DNA from: Trypethelium eluteriae
Lineage: Eukaryota
Direction: 5' to 3'
Length of the DNA stretch: 46,351 nt
NCBI GenBank assembly: GCA_051942245.1
Contig: JAVECL010000133.1
Coordinates: 1-46,351, forward strand
The notes beneath the pieces were generated by a model. The model did no database searches. It was not told where the DNA came from and was given only the letters and a program-made list of their open reading frames with translations. Below, in pieces: positions 1-11,992 of the stretch. Both the position numbers and the translations under genes were made by a program. The first letter of the stretch is position 1; each line of letters starts with the position of its first letter.

Positions 1-138
1 TACAATGTTGCCTCAGTTTAACTGTTATGACCATGTTGGCCCATGTTAAGGCGGCGTTAACATGGGCCCACAGGGTCATAACAGTAAATTCGAAATAACA
101 TTGTATTAATTACCAGTTGAGGAACCCCCCAGCCGCGG
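1..138. mobile_element. MITE (Tc1/mariner-type, fold-back), copy 1, left end cut by window edge
   Basis: Aligns to 32673-32809 (about 16 substitutions plus 1 indel by manual count). Ends ...CCCAGCCGCGG followed by TA (139-140); the flank then diverges from copy 2. Central arms 21-49 and 57-85 are inverted repeats with 2 mismatches in 29. Confidence 0.85.
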
Positions 139-295
139 TAACGTAGACAGGGAATATGTGATCAAGAGTATGTGTTTACCACTTCCATGTGCTATGACTA
201 CACCCAGAAACAGTCTATCTAGCAATATCATCAAGTGAAGTCTATTCGTTCGTTGTACCTTACGGAAAATGATCCCGCCGATTATAATATGACGT

Positions 296-2655
296 CTATG
301 AGGATTCCTGTACACCCCGAAGGCGACAGAGCATGGCTGCTACTTCAATGCCTCTCGTCCATACCCAGTCGCCACCTATCGGGCTACTGGGATCGGCTTT
401 GTCAAGTCCATCGTCCTCAAACGCCTTGGAAAGTTCTGGTAGCAGCTGGGAGAATGTAACAGGTCTTTTGCCTTTTGCGATATTGCCTAGGATTGCCGCC
501 AGCAGACGTGATTGGCCCGTCTCCACGAGTTGCTCAATTGAAGACAGGTCAATACCCGATTCCGCATCGGTGCTCGTTCGGAGGATGGGCTGATCAAGTC
601 CGGGGATTAGGATAAAGTCTTTACGCTTTGCAAAAGGACCTTTGGAGGCGAGGACGGCCGAAGGTACTACGAACGAATGATTGGGAAGATTTCCGTAGCG
701 CTCCGCAATCTGCAATTCAGATGGGTGGTTTTGGCAAATGAGTCTAGCTTCATCATTGCGAAAGCGAGGGCAGTATGAGTTCATGACTATGACGTTGTCA
801 GCGACTGAAAGCCAGTCACCCAGTCCACCGATGACGATAATTGTACTGGTATCGTAGTCTTCCTTCAGAGCTCGAACCCTACTTATCATGGGAGTGATTG
901 GCTCATTTTGGACAAGAGCGTGCATGCGCTCGTCCCGGATCAGTAAGTTCGTTGCTGAGGAATCTTCGTCAATCAACAATGTTTTGCAGCCAACCTCAAG
1001 AGCTTCTTGGATGTTTGCAGCCATAGAAGTGGAGCCACTGGCGTCTCCGGTAGTAAATTGACGGGTATCTTGGCCGCCCGGAATATTGATTATATACGGA
1101 CTGATGTCTGTTTGATGGACATTTCGACCATCCTCGGCACGAATTTTGACCGCTGTCGGGTCCGTGACAACGAGCTCTCGCCCATCCCTGGGAATATGGT
1201 TGTATATTCCAAGTTCAATTGCTTCGAGAAGCGTAGATTTTCCGTGGAAGCCCCCACCAGATAAGACGGTTACCCCGGTAGGAATGCCCAAGCCACACAC
1301 CGACTGACCATTTAGTCGGAAAAGAGAGACTTCATGTTCAGAGTCTATCTCGAATGGTATAACCTTTGGCCCAGTCATAGGACGAGCAAAGGGACCACCA
1401 GCACGAGGTAAAACGGACCCATTGGCAACAAACGCGACCAAGCCGCGGCTTTTCAACTGTGAACGCAGATAATCTTGTTCTTCTACAGAAGAGACATGAC
1501 TCTCAACATCCTGCGATGAGAGGCTGGAAAAGTGTAACGTCCGCTGAACCAGCTCAGGTACTGCGTCAAGAAGGATCTGTTGTGCTTTTCCACCCAGAAT
1601 CGTTCGTCCTTGGGCCGGCAGTGAAACAGTGAATCGTAATTCAATTGTATTTTCACTCAGTTTGATGACGCAACTATTCCGTTCCAATACCTGTTGTCCT
1701 GGACCATTTATCCTGAATACGGTCAGGGAACTGGCACAAAGCATCACACAAAAGGTTTCGTATAGAAAGATAAATACCTGAACGCCCCGCCTTTGGGCCC
1801 AGACCAGCCAGCACCAGCAGCATTCTCGTTCAACTGGCTATCCTGGATTAAATGCGCTGCGATGCGCGTCAAGTAATCTGCAAAGGCAATCCTTCGAACG
1901 CGTGAATGCAGCAAGGATGAGGGGATCCCTGTCGAATTCTGGGATCGAATTAGATATAGTGAGGATATTCAGATGCACTGATTCACCAGCTCTGCAATGG
2001 CCCGCACTCGCGATGGTGGTGCATATGCATCACCTTGCACATAGTCTACCGCGAGTTTGAAGCCTAATTCTGGATGTAGAAACTGCCCACCTAAGAAATG
2101 ATTGGTTAGAGATTGACAACATTGGAGAATGGCAATCACGTACGTAATTGGTTATAGGCGCCTTGTTGTCCTCGTTAGCGGGCTAGCCAAGATGAAGAAG
2201 TATGCATTTTATTGGAAATGCTCAGGCTTCCAAAGAGTCTGAAGTTTGCGGTGTAGTACGATACGAAATGCTGACGATGAGAAGAGCAAATGGAAAACGT
2301 CTGAGACGTAAGTAGGAATCAAATTGAGCCGGAAAATCTCATTGTTTCTGACGTATCATTGGAAAAGAAATGGGTCTACATGGATGGAACTTCAAAGAAT
2401 GTGCGCGTCCTTTTCGACTTACCGTACTGCTGCCTGTCTATATTGGCTAAGATCTGTTTGAGATCTGACCAATTCTTTGGGCCTGCTGAAGAGTTGGCTG
2501 GTGCTGAAACAGCCTGACCACGACCTCGTCCTCGTCCTCGTCCGCCGTATAAGCTTTTGTAATAAGCTCCGCGACCACCCCTGCCTTTACCGGGACCCGA
2601 GCCGTCAGGCGGACTGTTGGGTAATGAAGGATCGACGCAGCGACTTACCCGTCAT
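296..2655 (-). CDS. ABC-class ATPase (PF09818 / MRB1590-like) with N-terminal RGG/RG tail, ~622 aa
   Basis: Six exons join in frame: 2655-2649, 2584-2423, 2161-2144, 2090-1987, 1938-1778, 1712-296. Protein reads MTGRGGRGAYYKSLYGGRGRGRGRG...IDRQQYGAYNQL...VDYVQGDAYAPPSR...PGQQVLERNS. Walker A GGGFHGKST, Walker B LLIDED, family motif DASGSTSMAANI. Confidence 0.88.
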
Positions 2656-2989
2656 CTTGTACCACTCATTTGCAGTCTTCGTACTCTGGCGTCGGCCTAC
2701 GTTCAGATGGCTGGATCCGCCGATGAGCATCTAGTGTCGGCTTGAGACTGCATGGCGTAAGCGAGGATGCGAGGTTGCTAGCATCAGATGCATCATAGGC
2801 ACGCAAGCATAATTACCTGTCCGAGGCACGCTGTCGTGGGTGGGTGGACTTCGTTGTGGCGTCAATCAAGATCTGGTCGGAACCGTGCGTCGCTAGGAGC
2901 CGGCGCTAGCCAATCTAACATCCCACCATGCCACTGCTTCTGAGGTCCGAGTTTGGTGACACCTCCAGCGTTCAACATATAATTGGCTC

Positions 2990-4121
2990 ATGGATTATCA
3001 TAATGCTGGTCCCTTCGCCAACGCCCAGAGCCCGCAGGCGCCTTTCTTCACTACTGGTCCACATGCGCCATCATTCCCAGCACAAGTGGCTCCTAGTCCC
3101 GGCCCCCCGCGTTTACAACAGCCAGGACAGCATCCATACAATGGTGGCGGTAGCCTCCCGATGGGCCCGCACATGGCTGCTGGAAACGTTCCAAATGGAT
3201 CAGGAATGATGCAGCCCGGCTTTCAGCAGTTCGGAGGTGAGTGATGCGTTGCCATCCCACTTCTCCTCCCCTCCATCCGAGGACGCGTGCCTCGCTGTCT
3301 TACCCCCTCACGTATCGAGAATAACCTTGTCTATGTGCTAGGCCAGCATCCATACTCCACTGGCCCACAGTCTCAGGGCATCTCCCCGACCTCTATACCG
3401 GGCCCGCAAGGCCATAGCATAGCGACGAGTGCCTCCTCTCGACACATCTCTCCATATGCCAACCCCCAAAACAACGGTAGTCAGCCACAGACTCCAGTAC
3501 ACACCCAAACCCCTCAGCAGCGTCCAATGGCAGCGCCAGCCCCTCCCGTACATGCGCAGAATGGACAAGTAGCTGCCTACCCGATGAAAGCTCCAGCTCC
3601 AGCTCCAGCTCCCGCCACGCCTCTTTCCCCCGGTGCTCAAGCTCGCGAACGTGATCGTGTGATATTGCTGTTGGATATCAACCGTGTTCTCCTGCAAGAG
3701 GTGTTAAAACTACAACAAGAAGGAAAGACTGGTCCTTTACCTCAGCCGGGCCAGAATCCAGAGGAAGCTGGGGGCAAGGAAGGCGAGCCGAGGGCATCGC
3801 AGGAGTATATACAGTACGCCTCAACACAACCGCACAACGCTCGCGATCACGAGACGTTGAGCTGACATAAAGTCTCACAGGGCTATGCGTAGGTTACAAG
3901 CCAATCTAGCCTATTTAGCGGCAACCGTAGATCGCAACCACAAACCACAAGCCAGTGTCCCTCAGGGACCAGCAATCATGGAGCCTTTGATCACGTGCCC
4001 ACCTACCGTTGAAATGTACTCGCAATTACAAAAGTTGTTTCCTGGATGGAAGGGTCAAATGATGAAAGTTTCGCCCAGCCCTCAAGCAGGAAACACGTCA
4101 TCGTCGTCTCAACCCTCTTAA
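2990..4121 (+). CDS. Pro/Gln-rich protein with C-terminal SSXT (SS18/Snf11-like) domain, probable SWI/SNF-associated factor
   Basis: Exons 2990-3236, 3342-3813, 3881-4121 (GT-AG, in frame). Motif RVILLLDINRVLLQEVLKLQ...EYIQAMRRLQANLAYLA resembles the SSXT consensus. Confidence 0.7.
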
Positions 4122-4648
4122 TCGTACCCCGGACACTCTGGCCCCCTAGGTCCCAATTTGAACTAGGCGTTGCTTTTCAGCTCATGAACTGGGGCTAATC
4201 TTGCGAATCAATCTGAGAAAACCAAAGTCTGGACACTGGCGTCTTTGCTATTGGGAATGCATGCACTTGGTGATGGTAACAATTGAGACTGGCGTAACTG
4301 TAGGACGGCAACGACTTGGTCTTTCCCCATCTCACCTCATCTGGGAGGCTTGTAACTACAATGATGGACTAACTACATGAGAAGGCAGGGAGGCAAAACG
4401 TGTATTATACCCATTCAATTTGTAGAAGCATTCAATTTACTATGATCATCTCCGTGTAGTCTCATCCGTAGTCCATGCGTCGATATGAAGCCAAGCAAAT
4501 TAGGAAAATACTTGGTAAATATCGATCTTGAGAGAGCTTTAGACGTTTTCGAGCAGCGATAAAAGCCTCGGCCTCAAGAATTCTGTTGAAAATCTTCATT
4601 TACAGAGTACCTAGTAGTAGTATTAGACGTATGGAGTACCAGGCCGAA

Positions 4649-4679
4649 GTGACTTTAAGAGTGGGTTTCATGTAGGGCT
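4649..4679 (+). promoter_or_regulatory. Candidate ribosomal-protein promoter motifs (Homol-D-like GTGACT; TAGGGCT)
   Basis: GTGACT at 4649-4654 and TAGGGCT at 4673-4679, 120-150 bp upstream of the RPL27 ATG. The motifs are short and could occur by chance. Confidence 0.3.
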
Positions 4680-4797
4680 TTGGTATGATTGGCCGGCTAA
4701 GCGAGTGTGTGCTTGAGATTGATTCCGTCCACCACAACCAAAGAAGTCCACCAACTCTGGAACTTCGAAGACCCCACACCGACGACTATTTCCCGTC

Positions 4798-5396
4798 ATG
4801 AGATTCATCAAGGTTGGTCGGGTCGCGATCATCACGAGGGGAAGGTATGCTGGCAAGAAGGTAGGCATATTCCAACCGCAAAGAGCGCCCTGACACAAAA
4901 GCGCCAAAAACAATGAGGTTCATAATTGCATCGCTGGACTGATGCGAATCTGCCAGGTCGTTATCATCCAACCTGTCGACAACTCTACTCGTCAGCATCC
5001 CTTTCCTCACGCCCTCGTTGCCGGTATCGAGCGATATCCTGCCAAAGTTACCCGCCGCATGTCAAAAGCCCGTCAGATGAAGCGCTCTAAGGTGAAACCG
5101 TTTATCAAGGTTATCAACTATAACCATATCATGCCTACGCGGTACACACTTGAATTAGAGGGCTTAAAAGGTGTGGTGAGCGGAGATACATTCAAGGAAG
5201 TCAGTCAGCGAGAGGACGCGAAGAAGACTGTGAAGAAGACGCTGGAGGAGAGGTATCAGAGTGGGAAGAATCGGTGGTTTTTCACGCCATTGAGTAGGTC
5301 AACTCTATTGGACATTCTGTGCACAAACATGAAGAATGATGCGCGAAATCGACAATTTGTAATGCTAAAAATACTGACTTTGCTCCAGGGTTCTAA
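4798..5396 (+). CDS. RPL27: 60S ribosomal protein L27 (eL27)
   Basis: Exons 4798-4860, 4957-5293, 5389-5396. MRFIKVGRVAIITRGRYAGKKVVII...KSKVKPFIK-like SKVKPFIKVINYNHIMPTRY...GKNRWFFTPLRF*. Confidence 0.97.
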
Positions 5397-5892
5397 TGGA
5401 TGAATATGGGACATGGGGCGGCGTACAGTCTTTGCGATCTGGACTGGGTCTTTAAGCAGCTTCTCACATAGTCACGAGACAGATTTGCAATTCCAAGCCA
5501 GCATGATATCTTGCTCATTACAATATCCCTGGTCCCTCGTGAAGCAAGCAATCCAAAGCTCCGAATCATGTCAAGGTTACTTATTTTACCTTAGACGGCC
5601 TCATCAGCTAATACAAAAAGCAGAAGATTAAGCGCATAATTCGTTCTATAACTGATCGCTCAAGAATCGTATCTAACTGAGAACAATACAAGAACCCAAG
5701 TCAAGGCACGGATCATCGGGAAAAACATGAGAAGCAGTGAATTAGAGAACCTCATCAAAATGGATTCCGTAGCAATGCTCTGCCGCCCTTGTCGCCAACC
5801 TAGATTTGCCTGGTATCAATGGAATGTCCACTTCCCTGCCGTACTATCCCTTCAATTTCCTGGACCTGAGGCTGAACCCCCGAATCTGGAGC

Positions 5893-6572
5893 TTATTTGT
5901 CCTTCTTACTATTGGCATTCTGCTTCGTCTCATCATACTGCTTCTCGATCTTCTCTCTGGTGAGCTGCGCATTCCGTTTCGCCGCCTCCTTCTTTGGACC
6001 AAAGAACTCGCTCAGCTTTGTGAAGACGTCCCCCGCCACCTTCAGCTCGGTGCTCACGATGGTCTTGGCGGTCTTGGCCCAGCCATCCTGTCCACCCACC
6101 TTGCGATGCTCGTCGTGGTAGGTCTGGAAGAGGTAGTCTCTACCGTGAGCGGCAAGCGTGACCGGAAGATAGGCGTAGTCCATAACCGTGCCCTTGATCT
6201 TCTCGGTATCTTCCCTAACAATGGGGAAGCGGTAGTCAACCTGGTCGAGTCCGTTGTCGGCGAGCGAGTCGGCCTTGGCGACGTAAGGAGCGACGATACT
6301 CCATGGGGTCTGTAGGTAAGGGAAAAAAGGCTTAGCGACGTTCTCGTAGGCAGTATTGGCAAGGTCGAGGGACTTGCGACCAAGACTGTTGTTCTTGTAG
6401 GTGGTAATGAGGTCGTTGGCCACAGGGTAAGAGGCCAGGTGCTGGACAGCAGATTAGTACAATGGGCCATGCTACTCCTAGCCGATTAACTCACAGAAAT
6501 GAATTGAGAGTGTGGCTTCTCGCCGTTGACTGTCGGCTGATTGCTCATGGCGTCTGATTCAGCGTGTGGCAT
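5893..6572 (-). CDS. CAP20: Perilipin-like lipid-droplet protein (CAP20/Mpl1 family)
   Basis: Exons 6572-6495 and 6441-5893. MPHAES...NGEKPHSQFISHLASYPVAND...PYVAKADSLADNGLDQVDYRFP. A probable 5'-UTR intron ends at 6576. Confidence 0.88.
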
Positions 6573-8492
6573 GCTCTGCAACAAAACGTCAGTGGCGGTT
6601 TCCAGCACCAGAGTGGCGGGTTGGGTTAGGTGATACAGCATGCAGTAAGTTGTCGGAGAAATAGTAAAACTGGATCTCGCCTTACAATGCAGGTATATTT
6701 CTTTTTGGAGCAGCAAGCAGTAGGACGGCGCAGGTAATGCAAGAATGAGCAAAGGCTAGCACCAGGCAAGTAGCAAGCAAGATTGCTCCTTCTCGCTGCC
6801 AAGATAACGGTCCAAAAATGTCACAGTTGCGTAATGCGGGACCAGGAAGTGCTTTGGGTAAGGAAGATCAAAGTGAGATGTGCGAGTGAGAAGGTGCCTC
6901 AGTCTTCGACGGAGTAGAGTGGCAGTGGTGGTGGTGGTCGCCAACAAAATTGTCTAGCTACCTATACAAACGCAGGTTTTCTAACATGTGATTGTGTCGC
7001 ATTCAACGGAAGGGTGGACCAAGCACCCAAGGTCCCTCATCCTGCCCCACCCTTACTCTAACTATCTCTGACGTAGTTTTAGCGCTGCATCACGCACCCC
7101 CCTTTATCTGATAGCCCCAGTCATGCTTACCAGCGAGTCAGAATTGGACGACTACGAACCTTCTCTCTCACTGCCCTTACCCGCCCCAATTGTGCCCAAT
7201 CGTCTCTGCCAATAGTGCATGCTCTCCTTGTCACCAAGATTATGCAAGTTGCTGCATGCATTGCTCATCAGTACGCCCGAAGCCACTGCCGCGTATTGTA
7301 TGTAGAGAGGACAACACTATCAGCTACGGTAAGTTGGCCGCCTCCGTGATCGGAACGTGGTGCATAGATATATGCATCCCCTGTTTTGGTCAAAGGCTAG
7401 AAGTACATGTACTCATTGACGTAACATATCCAGTAATGCTTGATGAACAACTGCATTGGCTGGTAGATGAAGCATCGAGTACTGTGCTATCTAGCATAAG
7501 CCTCCAGACACTTAAAATTCCCAGATCGGGCCCGTTCAGCCGGACAGATGATACCACTGATTCTCAATCCGTAGTTCATCAGAGCTTCCGTCCTTAGTCC
7601 GCAATGTCCTCCTCCATGTTCATATGTTCGATCGCGATTCTCCTTCGCAGCCAAGATCATGGACTCGAGCGAATCGGAGCAAGCGGGCATAACTAATTAC
7701 TCCAATTGAACATTCTCATCGACCTATGAAATTGGATTTATGCAGGTAGGCTGCAGCACTGTCTAATGAAGAGACAGGCTAATCTATGCTTCGAGAATAC
7801 TTTTCACATGCTGACTTGTCTCGTCAGGCTCGATTGGGCAAGGGCTTCACTAATACGAAGCGACTCAACCGAAGACCGTTGCTCAACATTCGAAAATCTT
7901 AGTCACAGTAATTTCCAAGAGTGGAGTTCATCGCGGTATAAATGGCATTTGTTGGAGACCCAGGATCTCAGAATCCATCGAACCTTGCCGTGGAATTTTC
8001 AGGGTATTGCTCATTGATTCCGAGATCTGGGTAAGTAGAGTACCGCATACTTTAGGGACTTCGAATAGAGCCGGGACTATACTCAAAGAACCAAGGGTCT
8101 TCCTTGCCGAAATGAATCAATAACAGGGCGATATCGGATTTTCACTACCACGCTAGAAATCTGCTAGATCGTAATCTACACCCTGGAACGTATTGTCAAT
8201 ACCAAGAGCTACAGGCAAATCAGTGAAAAGCGACCCGAATATGTTAGTCAATCAAAGGCTCCAGGTAGTGGCTCGTTTTCAATCGCTTGCGAAAACTCAC
8301 ATCTCACTCCGATTCAACAAATGTAACGTTACGAACTTTCATGGAGGTGAGAAAAGCTTCCAGCTGTGTATAGGAATCTCTCTGTCATTCTCAGACCTGC
8401 AAAAATCCGTGAAGTCTCTGTTCGTGAAGACGAGAACAGGAGCTTTTTCGCATATTACGTTTTCGAATATGATGCAAATAGTTTTTACGCGT

Positions 8493-9726
8493 CTACTGAA
8501 CCCTTTCAACTTCTAGGAGCTGCTTGGCAAGACTGACAAGCGTCTCCTCTTTTTTATGGAATCCAACACCGAGTATTTCCACAGCCGGCGTTGCATCCGC
8601 CGAATACTAAACTCATCAGTATTTGTATACAAACTGCCTGTACTGGCTGCGCTAGACTCACGGCTTTCTCTGGTAGAGTACTCGTTCCTGGATTGCCTTT
8701 TGGAGTGCGGCCAGCTAGCTCTGGGAAGTTCTTCCTAAGTATATCTGAAATTTCCTGAGATGAGATTTGGCCGGCGGAAATGATGAAGCGTTTGTTCCCA
8801 GCTTCTGGGATCAGAGCCGCTTGGACGTGAGCGAAAGCCAAGTCCTTCACGATTTCAGTTAGTTCTATCCTCGTGGAAGCTGTGGATGATGCCGCAAGCA
8901 TGATTCACTTCACTCACTCTTGGATCTGTGTAGAGGTACACGCCATTAGGCGGTAAGTCGGCATCTTCCTTACTCCTCATGAAAAGATTGTAGATCCTCC
9001 CATTGCTCTCATTCAAGTCCTTCAAACTCTTCACTTCGTGCTGCAGCGGTCCATACACCATCGGCGGACAGAAGGTCACCAGATCAAACCCGACCTTCTC
9101 CTCCCTCATAAACTTCCACGCTGCTTCTTCCGCAAACTTCTTGCTCGCCTGATATGCGACACCCCGATTCGCCTCATCCAGCGCCTGCTCCCACGTCACG
9201 GGATTCCAGTCCGCCCCCGTATGCACCTTCGCCCCAATACTGGCCGCATTCGCCAGATCCGCCACCGCCGCAAACGAGCTCGTAATCAGGACCCGCTTCA
9301 CGCTGCTCGAAGCCACATCTCGTACGCCCTCTAGTATACGTGTCGTTCCCTGGATTGCCGGGTCCAGGAACTCGCGGTTGTTGTTCACGGCGCGGAGGAG
9401 GAAGGGACTCGCGGTGTGGATGACGGTGTCAAAGGGGTGCTGGGGGGACTGCAATGCAGTGTCGAAGGCGTGCGGCGCGGTGATGTCGGGGATGATGGCG
9501 AAGTCGAGGGAAGGGGTGTCGGCGGCGGTAGGGAAGGTGGAGGCGAGGGCGGTGGCTTTGGACCGGGAGCGGACGACGGCGCGGACGGAGAGGCCGTGAG
9601 AGAGGAGTTCGGAGAGGATGTGGGTGCCGCTGAATTAAGGTCAGTTGAGGGAGCGGAGGGTGATGAGATTAAGTGCGCGTACATGAAGCCGTTGGCTCCG
9701 GTGAGGAGGACTCGGCTTGCTTGCAT
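8493..9726 (-). CDS. NAD(P)-dependent epimerase/dehydratase-family reductase (GRE2/aldehyde reductase II-like)
   Basis: Exons 9726-9683, 9629-8918, 8844-8662, 8606-8493. Rossmann motif VLLTGANGFIG, HTASP, TSSFAAV and catalytic YQASK. Confidence 0.9.
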
Positions 9727-10662
9727 ATTTGAAGTAATAGGGAAGGATATTCAATTATGTATTCTCACAATGGTGGAGAAGCTTGAATACAGCAGAGTAG
9801 AGCACGACGACTTTTTGGATAATGTGACAAATAGTCTTTCGGAAAGCTTATAAGAAAGCTTCAAAGCCTTCAGACCTGTTTTGATTTTAAGTATCCTCGA
9901 CATTCAGAGGTCTCTTTCCCCTCTTATATGTTGTTCCGATTGTGTTACTACCTTCACTGAACATTTCGGACTTATCATACTGCGCACAATCTACATCTTT
10001 AGTCTGCAAGGAGCTACTTAATCCCGCTTCATTGGCCCACGGGAGGCTACTGAATCCCGCCTCGGAGGTACTTGCTGAGCCTATCACATCCCTATACCGA
10101 TAAGTTGTCACTGCTTTTTTCGCTTCTTGGAGGAACAACCCTGGTCTTTCTGCACATCAGCCGTGCCTGGTGGATTATTCAGCACTCGGCTGGCCAATGT
10201 CTGAACGAAGTCAAGCGAAGACGCAGAGAGAAAATGAAAAAAAGGTGGATGACTTTCCGGATGGGAGAATTCCGGATTTAGGAGCTGAAGGGTGACTCAT
10301 TGGCACATGGTCGGTCTTAGGTTGTCAAGAGAAGTGAACAGGACTTTGTGTATTACTCTCCCCAACGGCAAGACATCTTGGGCTGGAAAGGGACCGCACG
10401 AGAGCCGTTCAGAGCTCGTGGAAGAGTCTGTCGCATCAACAGTAATGAGAACGTTCAATAGTTGTAAGTCATCATGAAAACCGAGACCTACATGATTACT
10501 AGACTACCCAGGCTCGTGTTTGGCTCGTTCAAAAATCCGAGTAACAAGACTCCTAAATGTCTTTAAAATTGTTTGTTAATGATGGGCTGAATATCTGCGA
10601 GAAGTATAGTACAACGACGATTTCGTACCTAATTCGACGTACCAGTTCTTCCCTTACCCTCT

Positions 10663-11992
10663 CTACTCTAGCAACGATGCTTGGTTTGTGTAGAGTACAT
10701 CCACTACATTGCTCAACTTCTCGATGGTTTCCAACGCCGCGTCATACCCCTGATCCCTCTCCGACTCATCATACACGATCAGACACCCTGCCCCCTGATC
10801 TAACACGCCAATAATGACTTTATCCAGGATCATCTGGCTCAGCTTGCGCTCCACCTGCTGAGTATCTAGTCCAACCATCTGCGCAATATGTGCAATCTCG
10901 ACGCGACTGAAGGGCTCAATCACCTTGATGAGGTTCTGTTCCAGCATGGCATCGTATAGACGACGTAGGTGTGAGGCGATGAAGCGATCGCTGCCAAGCT
11001 CAAATCGATAGTCACTAAGCGCGCGCTCGTATTCTTCGAGGCTGCGGTTCGTATGGGCACGGGCGACGGCTTTCATGGCGTCGAGGTTCTTGCCGGCGTA
11101 ACGTAGGGCTTGTTTGGATTTCATGAGCGAATTGACATCATCTCCAAGATTGAGCATGATCTTGCAAAGAAGCATGTACTGTAGTGCGGAGGTAGCCTTG
11201 GAAGTATCTTCTTGAGAGTGGTAACCTTCCATCGCTTCAATGAAGTAGGAAAAGGCGGTGTTGAAGTCTTGGTCTTCCGCGTGGAGCATGCCAGACTGCA
11301 TGTCAAGACCGGCTTGTAGAAGGGGAGGCGTATAAACGGAGGCAGCGGATGTACGAGCAGATGTGAGGGCGGCGCGGCCTTTTGGCACGTTGCCGAGAGC
11401 ATGGTAGACACGAGATTCGAGGAGTTGGACTTCCACGAGAACGAGCTTGTCGTCAAGTCGCTTGAGCTCTTTGAGGAGGCTGTTGATGAGAGTGAGGGCA
11501 TCATAGTATGACTGCTTCTGCATGTAAAGGGAGACTAATCGGGTCTCGAGATTTTGTCGTAAGAAGCCTCTCTTTTCCGATACCGCCCATTCGATACATG
11601 ATTTCGTAACAGAGATTTGGATATCTACTGTGTTTGGTATTGTTGTGAAGAGATCCAGTAGCTGACGGACTGTACGTTGTGAATATTAGGCATAACACCC
11701 TGGTTTGTGAATGGGAGGACATACCAAGCTTTGCTGTCTTCGCCTTTGCGAATGATGACAGTACGGACCTTGTTTGTGTTATGAGGTCTGCCAACTGGTT
11801 GACTTGCTTTTGATCCCGATAGAGCTCCCCAAGACCCATAAGAGCGTTTTCATAGTCCCTCAGTGATGCATCAGATTGTCCAGGACCTTTAGATAGGATC
11901 TCTTTGTATATCCTCTCAGCCTGCTCGGGCTCGGTCTTCCCCAACTTCTTCGCTTCCTGTATCCGCTCCGCATTAGAAGGGCCTTGTGCCAT
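10663..11992 (-). CDS. RPN6: 26S proteasome lid subunit Rpn6 (PCI domain)
   Basis: Exons 11992-11725 and 11669-10663. FAKAKTAKLVRQL, LLKELKRLDDKLVLVEVQLLES, VERKLSQMILDK. Confidence 0.97.

Noticed and set aside
2162..2210. Apparent in-frame stop (LAR*RGQQGAY) suggesting the ATPase is a pseudogene
   Set aside because: The TAA is part of the GCTAAC branch site of intron 2; splicing gives an intact frame.
5806..6470. Overlapping alternative-frame and antisense ORFs over CAP20 (similar ones over the reductase, SOF1, ugmA, the giant gene and AlkB)
   Set aside because: Shadow ORFs from GC-rich codon usage of the real genes; no independent motifs.
7441..7560. TGATGA...CTGA pair resembling a box C/D snoRNA
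   Set aside because: No terminal stem or recognisable rRNA guide; such motifs are common by chance.
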